Shown here piece by piece: positions 51,330-60,500 of a stretch of DNA of 64,000 nucleotides. The translations under genes and the position numbers were made by a program. Every line of letters starts with the position of its first letter. Position 1 is the stretch's first letter. The notes below the pieces were generated by a model, which saw only the letters and a program-made list of their open reading frames with translations, searched no databases and was not told the DNA's origin. The DNA is from a virus (taxonomy: Duplodnaviria; Caudoviricetes). The DNA lies in IMG/VR virus record IMGVR_UViG_3300025759_000090, positions 852 through 64,851 of that record; one strand, written 5' to 3'.

Positions 51330-51361
51330 GGGGGGCAACTTCGGTTGTCTCCCTTTTTTTT
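51330..51361 (+). terminator. intrinsic terminator (TTCG loop)
   Basis: GGGGGGCAAC-TTCG-GTTGTCTCCC followed by T8. Confidence 0.85.
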
Positions 51362-51596
51362 ATTTTCAATATCGGATTTTTTTCTCAAATTTTTTCTGAT
51401 GTGATTTAGAATATTAGATGTTGACCTCAACATATGCCGATAGAGCGATTCTAAGGCCACGTTTTGATATCGGTGGTAATCTGAGTCCTGTTAATCGAAC
51501 AAATGGCTCAGATTGCTTCTATTGGTATCAGAATAGTCAGATTCGTAAATGCTTCTGACTACGATATTGATAAAGGTGGGAATATCAGGCTTTGAT

Positions 51597-51788
51597 ATGA
51601 GCAATCAGAATGAGATAAATGCACAGCACGAAATCGAAGATATGAGATTACAAATTCAGCAATTGAATGTCAGAATAGAAAAGTTGGAATCTATACTAAC
51701 TGCAATATCCCAAGCAGCAGATATCAGAACTCCAAATATGACAAATGAACATCTAAGAAATCAGACTACATTGATGGGCTGGAAATGA
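51597..51788 (+). CDS. small coiled-coil protein
   Basis: ATG 22 nt after the GGTGGG motif. Confidence 0.6.
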   Translation: MSNQNEINAQHEIEDMRLQIQQLNVRIEKLESILTAISQAADIRTPNMTNEHLRNQTTLMGWK

Positions 51789-52624
51789 TTGGAATAAAAT
51801 CAATCTATCAACCAATGAAATCTTTGTTAGATAATTGGTCAATGAAAAACAAATCTAACATGAACACGATAATCATTCATGGAGAATCAGGAGTTGGAAA
51901 AACAACTCTATCAAAATCATATTCAACAAACTCAGGTTTTGAACCCCAATTCATATCAGACTTGAATGGTAAATATCCTTTCTCAAAAGTAACAGCATTA
52001 AGTCTTTCAGGACTACCAAGAATAGCAATTGTTGATGATGCTGATTCTCTATCAAAAAAACATTGGAAAATAGTATCAGATTTTTCAAATCAAAAATTAT
52101 CTCCAATGATAATCATCGTCATCAATCTGAAATCTGTTCCGTTCAATCTCAGGAAGATTAGTTTACTTGTTGAAGTCAACAGACCTTCTAAGGAAAATCT
52201 GTTCGATTTTTTGAAATCCAAATCAACGGATTTTGATGATGAACATCTGAAATATATTGCTGAGATATCTCCAACTTGGAGAAGTGCTGGACTCAATCTC
52301 CTGACATCTCCAAATGGATTTAGATGTGAAGAAGAAATTAGAACAAAAGATTTGTTTGGTGTCGAAGAGAACCAAGCAATATTATCAGGAAAATATCATG
52401 GAAATAGAATGAATAATCATCCTTCAAGTTTGATTCAAATGGCTGAATATAATCATGTAAATACAGATGATTTAATCACAGGAATAAAGATGCATTCTGA
52501 ATCTTGGAATTATGCTGGATTATCTAGGGTTTTGAAGAACTATTTGTTGACCCTAAGAACGGCTCACAGCAAGCCTGTTCCATTCAGGAAGAATGCTAGG
52601 TTTGGTAAAGGTGGTAAAGTCTGA
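51785..52624 (+). CDS. AAA+ ATPase, RFC large-subunit-like
   Basis: HGESGVGKT, IVDDAD, PMIII and WRSAGLNL (sensor-2-like). Confidence 0.65.
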   Translation: MIGIKSIYQPMKSLLDNWSMKNKSNMNTIIIHGESGVGKTTLSKSYSTNSGFEPQFISDLNGKYPFSKVTALSLSGLPRIAIVDDADSLSKKHWKIVSDFSNQKLSPMIIIVINLKSVPFNLRKISLLVEVNRPSKENLFDFLKSKSTDFDDEHLKYIAEISPTWRSAGLNLLTSPNGFRCEEEIRTKDLFGVEENQAILSGKYHGNRMNNHPSSLIQMAEYNHVNTDDLITGIKMHSESWNYAGLSRVLKNYLLTLRTAHSKPVPFRKNARFGKGGKV

Positions 52625-52680
52625 CTAAAACAATCCACCACATAGAACTGCTTATTAGTGGAAACTAACCCCGTAGGGAT

Positions 52681-54855
52681 ATGCAAAGCACAGCCGAAGC
52701 CACAAGATTGTCAAGAAACAAAGTGAAAGAAGCCCGATTCCATAGAGTCTCGAAGGTCATGTCAGGAGAATTAACAGGGTTTGGTTCTAAGGTCGAGAGA
52801 GTAGTAATTGACCCACATGGCAAAGCCTGTACCAATGGAAAAATAATTTGGATTCCTGAGTCAATGCACGACAATCCAATTTACAATCAAATCATGCAAG
52901 AAGCAATCTTAGCACATGCGAATGCTCATCACAGATATACAGATTTCGTAGCATGGAATCGCAAGGTGGTCAAGCCGACTCAGAAATATGCTTGCGACCC
53001 ACTACTACACAAGTTTGTAAATATGCTAGAAGATGCTAGAATCAATCACCTATTCGGTCAGGATTGGAAGGGTAGTAAAAAGAGGATGCAATTTACTCAC
53101 GAAGTTTTCATGCAAAGACACAAAGAAAACACAACTGATGATTCACCTTTGAAAGAGCAAGCAATGGTTGCTATGATGACCGAAGCAATTGTTCACGAAC
53201 CACATTGGTTTACAACACCCGAAGTTGTTGACTTCATGGATGCTAATAGAGCATTACTAAACAATGCAATCAAGCAAAGACATACATCTGCTGTGATAGA
53301 CCAAGCAAAGAGATTAATCAAAGCGTTTAGAGAAGCATTCCCTGACGAAGATGACCCATCCACAGGAATGTCATCAGATGACCTATCTCAACAACAAGTC
53401 GAGGAAGCATCAGAACAACAAGAGTCTCAAGGTCGCAATCCTGAACAAGTCAGTTCTAACAGATTCAAGGACATGAAAGAAGCAGAAAAAGCAGAACCAA
53501 AAGAAGAGAAGAAATCAGAAGATTCAGATTCAAATTCAGATTCAGATTCCACACTTGGAGATTCAGAATCAGAAGGTTCAGATTCAGATTCAGAAGGTGC
53601 TGGTAGTGATGGAGAAGATTCAGATGAAGAATCAGATTCAGAAGGTGCTGGTGGAGAAGGTGGAGAAGATTCAGATTCAGATGGAGATTCAGACTCAGAA
53701 CCAATGACAGGAGATGCAGATTCAGAAGGTGCTGAAACTGATGGAGATGGAGATGGAGAAGATTCAGATGGAGATGTAGATGGAGATTCAGATTCAGATG
53801 ATGGTGGTCGAGGCGGAGTTGGTGAAACAGGTACGTTTGAAGAGGCTTGGGCTGACTTACTTGACTCAGTTGATAGTGATGTAGCCGAGATAGAAGAAAC
53901 GGCCTTAGATTTGGATAATGGGATAGAAACATCTGCAACAAAACAAATAGTGAAAGATGTTACAGAAATCAAAGGTAAAACCGTTGAAGAAGATTCTTAC
54001 AGCATGGTTACAGAATGTGGTCATAAAATAGAAGTTGTCGCTACTGCTAAAGACTTTAGAAATAGAGAAAATAAAATCATGCGTCATGCAAGCACATACA
54101 ACCGTGTAGCAACACAACAAAAGAGAGTAATCAAGAGGATTACTAACGAGATGAAAAGAAGATTGAAAGGTCAAGACCCATCATGGGAAACAGAACAAAA
54201 AAGTGGTCGTCTAAATCCACGAAGGGCATACAAATTAGGTAATGCTAAAGTCCACAAGATTGACAAAGTTTACAGAAAGAAAACCACACCTAAAGATGTT
54301 ACAGGAAATGCTATCATTCTAATTGACGCATCAGGCTCAATGAGAAGTGGTAGTCGAGCATCAGATGCTTCTAATGCAGCAGTTGTTTTCTCAGAAGTTT
54401 TCCGCAACATCGGAATGAACTACGAAGTTGTTGACTTCAACACCCATTATGGAACAACCATGAGAGTCAGAAAATCCTTCGCAAGTGCTGGAACTTCAAC
54501 TCTTGACAAAGCGTGTATTGCTGCACCATTTACAGGTTCAGCAAATGCAGATGGATATGCTGTTCAATGGTGCTTAGATAGACTTGCTACAATGAATGGT
54601 AGTCGCCTTCTCATTGTTATCTCAGATGGTCAACCAGCAGGTGCTTCGCCATCAGGCTTGACTGACGAAGAACATTTGATTCAAGTAACAGAAAATGCAA
54701 ACAAGAAAATCGGTCTGCTTGGTATTGGAATCGCTGGTCAAGATACATCTCAATTTTACCCTAACGCTATTACTATCACAGACGAGTCTCAGATAGCAAG
54801 AGAAGCCATGACGGTGCTTCGCCCTATGTTGAAGCGTATCGTGCCTAGAGCATAG
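52681..54855 (+). CDS. CobT/NorD-like vWA-domain protein with D/S/E/G-rich linker
   Basis: MIDAS motif LIDASGSM, VISDGQP, NMLEDARI and SGRLN; likely partner of the MoxR ATPase. Confidence 0.88.
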   Translation: MQSTAEATRLSRNKVKEARFHRVSKVMSGELTGFGSKVERVVIDPHGKACTNGKIIWIPESMHDNPIYNQIMQEAILAHANAHHRYTDFVAWNRKVVKPTQKYACDPLLHKFVNMLEDARINHLFGQDWKGSKKRMQFTHEVFMQRHKENTTDDSPLKEQAMVAMMTEAIVHEPHWFTTPEVVDFMDANRALLNNAIKQRHTSAVIDQAKRLIKAFREAFPDEDDPSTGMSSDDLSQQQVEEASEQQESQGRNPEQVSSNRFKDMKEAEKAEPKEEKKSEDSDSNSDSDSTLGDSESEGSDSDSEGAGSDGEDSDEESDSEGAGGEGGEDSDSDGDSDSEPMTGDADSEGAETDGDGDGEDSDGDVDGDSDSDDGGRGGVGETGTFEEAWADLLDSVDSDVAEIEETALDLDNGIETSATKQIVKDVTEIKGKTVEEDSYSMVTECGHKIEVVATAKDFRNRENKIMRHASTYNRVATQQKRVIKRITNEMKRRLKGQDPSWETEQKSGRLNPRRAYKLGNAKVHKIDKVYRKKTTPKDVTGNAIILIDASGSMRSGSRASDASNAAVVFSEVFRNIGMNYEVVDFNTHYGTTMRVRKSFASAGTSTLDKACIAAPFTGSANADGYAVQWCLDRLATMNGSRLLIVISDGQPAGASPSGLTDEEHLIQVTENANKKIGLLGIGIAGQDTSQFYPNAITITDESQIAREAMTVLRPMLKRIVPRA

Positions 54856-54891
54856 GTCTGAGGGTCAGGAAACGGTAAAGGAGATATTGAT

Positions 54892-56079
54892 ATGAGAAGG
54901 GCAATAGAAACAGATTACGATTACAAACATTGGGTTGGGGAAACTTTTCTTGATAAGCGGGAATTATTATTTTTTCAAGATAGTCGCAATAATGCAGAAT
55001 TACATACAACTCATCCTAAAAAATATTGGGCTGATTCAAGTTTGAATCCAAAAGTGCAATTCAAAGATAGTTCTATGATAAGTGAAATATGGGCGGAACT
55101 TGGAAGATATATGTCAGAAAAAGAAATCAAAACCTGTGCTGATTGGTTGCATTATATTAGCGGCATTTCATCAGTATCACCATGTATTCAAGATGGTCGA
55201 GTAAATGCTCATTCTTACTCAATCACAACCCCTGTTGAAAAAATCAAAATTGCTGTGCAAAGTGATAAGAATGATTTTGATGGTGAACAACCATATTTCA
55301 AAAGAAGTCTTTTGTCTTTCATGGTCTTGCATAATGATGGAAGAAATGTCATCCTTGCACCATTGTTAAATGGAACAACAAAGTTTCCATTTGAGAACAA
55401 CGTTGAGGAAGTTAATTATCCTCATGCAGAAGATGTTTTTGTATCTAAATTATGTTCCGCCAAATCAAAGAATCATGGATGGGTGAATGAATTATTTGTT
55501 GTGAATGTTGATTCAATTGAAGGTCAGCCTGAAAATAGTAAAGGTGGAAGTGTGTTTGATGACGAACTTAAGTTTGGAGATTTCATTCATTCTTCATGGC
55601 ATAATATAACTCAGTCAGGAACAATAGAAATTGGTGAAGCAATTCTTGGAGACAATCTAGTTTATGATTTCATTCCGAAAACCGATTTGTATGTTGGTGG
55701 AAATCTGATTGAGAAGATGTTGACGCTAACAAATGATAATTACAATATGTTTGCTATGCTAGATTTGATGAATGAATTGACACATCAATGTGAGAGAGTT
55801 ATTGATACACATACTGTTTCAACTACTACCAAAGTCAAAACTTCTAAGACTACATTTATTCCAACATGGAAGGATAACAGACCAAGCGAAACAATAGATT
55901 TGACCGATGGTGAATATGTGATGTATTCTGACATTTTCAGGTGTCCTGTATGCAATGTAAAGGTCAAGGTTATAGGTAAGGGTAGCAACCGGAAATCCCA
56001 AGCAGAATGCCCCCTGTGTAAAAAAGGGCAAATTGAGTTTCCACATTTAGTAAATAAAGAAGGAGTTGAAGAAGAATGA
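54892..56079 (+). CDS. hypothetical protein with C-terminal zinc ribbon
   Basis: GGAGA RBS; CPVC...CPLC. Confidence 0.7.
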   Translation: MRRAIETDYDYKHWVGETFLDKRELLFFQDSRNNAELHTTHPKKYWADSSLNPKVQFKDSSMISEIWAELGRYMSEKEIKTCADWLHYISGISSVSPCIQDGRVNAHSYSITTPVEKIKIAVQSDKNDFDGEQPYFKRSLLSFMVLHNDGRNVILAPLLNGTTKFPFENNVEEVNYPHAEDVFVSKLCSAKSKNHGWVNELFVVNVDSIEGQPENSKGGSVFDDELKFGDFIHSSWHNITQSGTIEIGEAILGDNLVYDFIPKTDLYVGGNLIEKMLTLTNDNYNMFAMLDLMNELTHQCERVIDTHTVSTTTKVKTSKTTFIPTWKDNRPSETIDLTDGEYVMYSDIFRCPVCNVKVKVIGKGSNRKSQAECPLCKKGQIEFPHLVNKEGVEEE

Positions 56080-56648
56080 GTAAGAGAATTACAAAGAGTT
56101 TGAGGCAAGCAATAGTTAGAGCAATATACACAGGGAATGAACAACATTCTCAACCAATGAGGCCAAGCGAAATTGTTGGATATATCAAGAATGATTCTAA
56201 GTTGCCAATTTCGATGAGGGGAAAAACAACAAAGCAAGTTGCTTACATTTTGAGTCAGTTAGCAAGAGATTATGATGATGTCATAGTTACAGAAGTCTTA
56301 GGAAGAAACGGAACTAATCATCATGGTAATGAAAGATTCACAAAAGCATTCTCAATCAAATCAGATTATACTTTGTCTGATGCTGAAAAAGCAATTGCTG
56401 TTCCACAAAAGAAAAGACAAAACAAACAACAGATTACAGTTATGCTTTCACGAAACTCAATTGAGTATATTCAGGAATGGAAGAAACTTGGAATGTCAGC
56501 AGGTCAAGTTGTTGAGAATCTAATTACAGCAGATAGAGAAATCAATGGTTTACCTTCTAAGCAAACTAAGAATTCATTTGTTGAATTTACTAATCCTTTG
56601 CAGATAAATGACAAACTTGCTGTTTCTGATACAAATAGAAACGAATAG
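56076..56648 (+). CDS. putative DNA-binding protein (wHTH-like N-terminus, RHH-like C-terminus)
   Basis: MRPSEI...TKQVAYILSQL; QITVMLSRNSIEYI...SAGQVVENLI. Confidence 0.55.
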   Translation: MSKRITKSLRQAIVRAIYTGNEQHSQPMRPSEIVGYIKNDSKLPISMRGKTTKQVAYILSQLARDYDDVIVTEVLGRNGTNHHGNERFTKAFSIKSDYTLSDAEKAIAVPQKKRQNKQQITVMLSRNSIEYIQEWKKLGMSAGQVVENLITADREINGLPSKQTKNSFVEFTNPLQINDKLAVSDTNRNE

Positions 56649-56827
56649 AGGCCATGAAATTATTCAGGGGTACAGTTTAACCTAAAATACAAACAAGTGG
56701 CTAGGATTGGCTCTATTGATACAAATATGACTAATATCGTTCTGACTGTTATCTGACCATATTCAAATCAATTTATTCACAACATATTCTGACAATCCTC
56801 AATAGCCGGAACACATCAGGGTTCATT

Positions 56828-57115
56828 GTGAGACAAATCGTATGGTCTGTTGATATGATGGATGGTCATGTTCTGATAGGACATGATGAATCAGGATTTG
56901 AGTTAGTTCAAGTCAGAACAGGTTCTTCACATTGGAAGTTTTCATTCTCAGGTTATGATGGTCATGGAAGAGTTAGAGTTGGTCATGGATGTAATTACAA
57001 TCCATTACTTTTGATTGAGGATATTTTTCAGAAAATTGAAAATGGAATTGAAACGCCTGTTGAACTCAACATGGATAATTTCGATAACTCCACATTTTCT
57101 GAGGAATGGAGTTGA
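56828..57115 (+). CDS. hypothetical protein
   Basis: CAATAGCCGG promoter motif 28 nt upstream of the GTG. Confidence 0.55.
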   Translation: MRQIVWSVDMMDGHVLIGHDESGFELVQVRTGSSHWKFSFSGYDGHGRVRVGHGCNYNPLLLIEDIFQKIENGIETPVELNMDNFDNSTFSEEWS

Positions 57116-57191
57116 ACGATTTGGATGGTGTTTGTTACGAAGGATTCAACAGATTTTGGAATTGGGTTGCTAAGAAAATTGGGTTGTTGAT

Positions 57192-57473
57192 TTGATGATA
57201 TCTTGGACTACAACAATTAGAGATGCAACATATCTTGTTGGCTTTGACAAAAATATGAAAGAGATAGGAAGTTTAGTTGAAATCGAAAACGAATGGATAA
57301 TGCATCTTGATGAAAAAACAATCAGGGTAAAAGGCAATGGATGCAAAGACCCATTGAGATTCATGGAATGTTTAGTTTCACCATTATCTAATGATTCAAA
57401 AAAAGAAAAACATCCGATAATTTTGGAGTTCATTCATCCTGATGGTGAATGTTGGGAAGTTTGGAATAATTAG
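57192..57473 (+). CDS. hypothetical protein
   Basis: 93-aa ORF in a + strand chain. Confidence 0.5.
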   Translation: MMISWTTTIRDATYLVGFDKNMKEIGSLVEIENEWIMHLDEKTIRVKGNGCKDPLRFMECLVSPLSNDSKKEKHPIILEFIHPDGECWEVWNN

Positions 57474-57523
57474 ATACAGCCAATAACCCCTTTCATGGCT
57501 GGTGTATATATTGGTGGTGGCGT

Positions 57524-60500
57524 ATGCCTAGAACAAATAATGAAAATCTTATTTCCGGCACACAAGCAGAACGAATATCTGTAACACTAGATGCTGAACA
57601 ATTAGTCAAAGATACAACTACACAAGCATTGTTCGTAGGTGATGGCTCTACTGTTGGCGGAAGGGCTGTTGATGTCCGACCCGTTTCAGATATTACAGGC
57701 AACTATACTTTGGTCAGGGCTGACGAAGGAAAGATTCTCAGATTCAATTCTGCATCTGCAATTACAATCACAATTCCAACAAATGCGAATGTCGGATATC
57801 CTGTCAGTTTGACACGAATCCCATTCATAAATTTGGGTGCTGGTATTGTTACTTTGGTTGCAGATACCGGAGTAACTTTAAATTCTATCGAACCCAATAT
57901 TAATTCTAAAGAAAGTGGAGAAATACACAAGACAGCAACTAACACTTGGTATCTATCAAAAGGTGGTGCAGGTGTAAGTCAATTAACAGAACTAACTGAT
58001 GTCAATATTACTAATCTTCTCAATACTCAAACCTTACAATATAATACCACATCAGGTAAGTGGGAAAACGTATCTTCAACTGATGCAAATACAACTTACG
58101 ATTTAGCAGTTCCAGCATCAACAACAAATCTCAGATTGACAGGTTCAGATGGCTCAACAGATAATATAACTTTGACAGGTGCAGGTGCAACTTCGATTGC
58201 TAGAACATCAGAAACAGAAATGACAATCACATCCACGAACACAACTTATGGGGTGTTGATACCAACAGGTACTACAAGTCTGAGATTGTCAGGTTCAGAT
58301 TCATCAACAGATGACATTTCAATTGTTGGTGGAACAAATACAACTGTTACAAGAACATCAGATTCGATTCTAACTTTAGCCTCGGATGATACTACTTATT
58401 CTCTAGGAACTTCATCTGCTGGAAGTAATGCAACAATTGATTTGATAGCAGGTGGTTCAGGTAGTGGAACAGACTCGGTAACATTGGCTGCTGGAAGCAA
58501 CATAACTATCTCAGAAACAGGAGATACAATCACCTTTGCTGGAACTGCTGGAACTGTTACAAGTGTATCGGGTTCAAGTCCTATTTCTGTATCATCAGGA
58601 ACATCAACCCCAACCATATCAATTTCTCAAGCAGATGCAAGCACGAATGGATTCCTGAGCAGTTCAGATTGGTCAGTATTCCAAAGCCGTTTATCCAGCG
58701 TTGGAATAACAAGCGGTGGTGGTCTATCTGTATCAGGAAGTCCACTAACAAGTAATGGTTCAATTACACTAACAAACACAGGAGTAACATCTAATGTTGC
58801 AGGTACAGGAATATCAGTCTCAGGTGGAACAGGTGCAGTTACAATTACTAACACCGATTTGGGTTCTTCTCAAAACATATTCAAGACCGTAGCAATTAGT
58901 GGTCAAGACAATATTGTAGCAGATAGTAATTCAGATACATTGACACTTGCAGAAGGTAGCAATATTACATTGACTACTAATGCTGGAACTGATACAATTA
59001 CAATCGCTGGAACTGATACAACTTATTCTGCTGGAACAGGATTAAATTTAGCCGGAACTACTTTCTCAAATACAGATTTGGGTTCGGCTCAGAACATATT
59101 CAAAACAATAGCAGTAAGTGGTCAGTCGGATATAGTCGCAGATAGCAATACAGACACGCTTACATTCGCTGCTGGGAGTAATGTGTCTATTACTACTACT
59201 GCGGGTACAGACACGCTTACAATCGCTTCTACGGACACAAACTATTCTGCTGGTTCAGGACTAGATTTGAATGGAACTACTTTCAGCGTTGATGTCTCAG
59301 ATTTCATGGCTAATGGAGTCAACAATAGAATCCTAACTGCATCGGGTGCAGATTCCATAAATGCTGAGTCAGGTTTGACTTTCGATGGCAGCACTTTGAA
59401 TGTTGGTGGAAGTGTAATAATTTCTTCTGACCTTACTGTGAATGGAACTACTACAACAATCAACACTCAGACTCTAAGTGTTGATGACCCAATGGTTGTT
59501 GTTGGAGATAACAATTCAGCGAATAGTGTTGACTTAGGAATCATAGGAAAATATGTTGACACCAACACATATTATTCAGGACTTCTACGAGATGCAAGTG
59601 CTGGCAAATTTAGATTATTCACAACAACTCAAGATTTGAGTTCGGCAACAACTGTTGACCCAACAAACGGTGGATATGCAAATGCAGATTTGATTGCTGG
59701 TGCAATACAACAATCGGGTGCAACAAATGGAATAGTATATGCAGATTCAAATGGCAACTTACTTGGTGGTAGAACAATATCAGAAGGAGTCGGTATTGAC
59801 ATCACAAATGGTAGTGCAGTTTCAGGTAATCCAACTATCTCTCTTGACTTATCTGAATTGACAACTTCAACATCAAATGCTGACGGTGATTTCTTTGTTG
59901 TCGTAGATACAGGAAATGCTCAGAAGAAATTAACGAAGGCTAACATCAATATTTCAGGATTCAATAATGATTCAGGATTCACAACAAATACAGGTACAGT
60001 TACATCAGTTGGGCTTGCAGGTGATAGTGGCTCAACAGCAATCACAACATCAGGTACATTCACGATTGCAGGTGGAACAAATGTAACAACAAGTTTGTCA
60101 GGTTCAACTCTTACAATTGCTGCAACAGATACTAACACAACTTATTCTGCTGGTGATGGTCTTGACCTTTCAGGAACGACATTCAGCACCGACCTAAAAT
60201 CTAATGGTGGTTTGGTAATTGAGTCAACAGAATTAGCAGTTGATTTAGGTGCATCTTCAATTACAGGAACACTAGCAATTTCAGATGGTGGAACAGGTGC
60301 AACATCTGCTGGTAATGCAAGAACAAATTTAGGTCTAGGTTCACTAGCAACTTTGTCATCTGTTGCATTCTCAAATATAGCACCAGCAGCAGTTCAATTG
60401 AGTAGCGAATCTTTCACAGATGTTGATACCACATTGATGACTTCTGCTGCTATCCAAGATAAGATATTATCATACGGATATACAACCAATACAGGAACAA

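Larger units (their letters stand above)
1154..51580 (+). promoter_or_regulatory. promoter class with consensus NATANN-GGTGGG, 14 copies, mostly at replication genes
   Basis: GGTGGG at 1160, 1688, 1966, 19080, 21268, 28744, 31109, 33716, 35151, 37188, 40987, 44662, 46757, 51575. In 11 cases an ATG begins 22-23 nt after the first G. Confidence 0.85.
1283..56807 (+). promoter_or_regulatory. promoter class with A/T-rich box ending in (A/G)CC, mostly at structural genes
   Basis: CC lies about 22-24 nt before starts at 880, 1312, 2680, 5398, 9182, 12956, 15637, 16945, 20828, 29884 and 56828, and before terminase GTG 7477 on the minus strand. Confidence 0.65.
755..59567. repeat. dispersed palindrome TGTTGR-NN-YCAACA, 30 copies
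   Basis: Starts at 755, 1860, 4418, 5353, 5708, 6598, 8779, 10884, 13546, 17725, 20179, 22567, 27415, 27541, 30468, 32879, 35527, 38332, 40917, 42804, 43339, 44008, 45895, 47124, 49287, 51419, 52168, 54429, 57058, 59554; near-match at 36945. Confidence 0.92.

Noticed and set aside
755-59567. CRISPR array interpretation of the palindromic repeat
   Set aside because: The copies are 14 bp, kilobases apart and mostly intragenic; there is no repeat-spacer periodicity and no cas operon.
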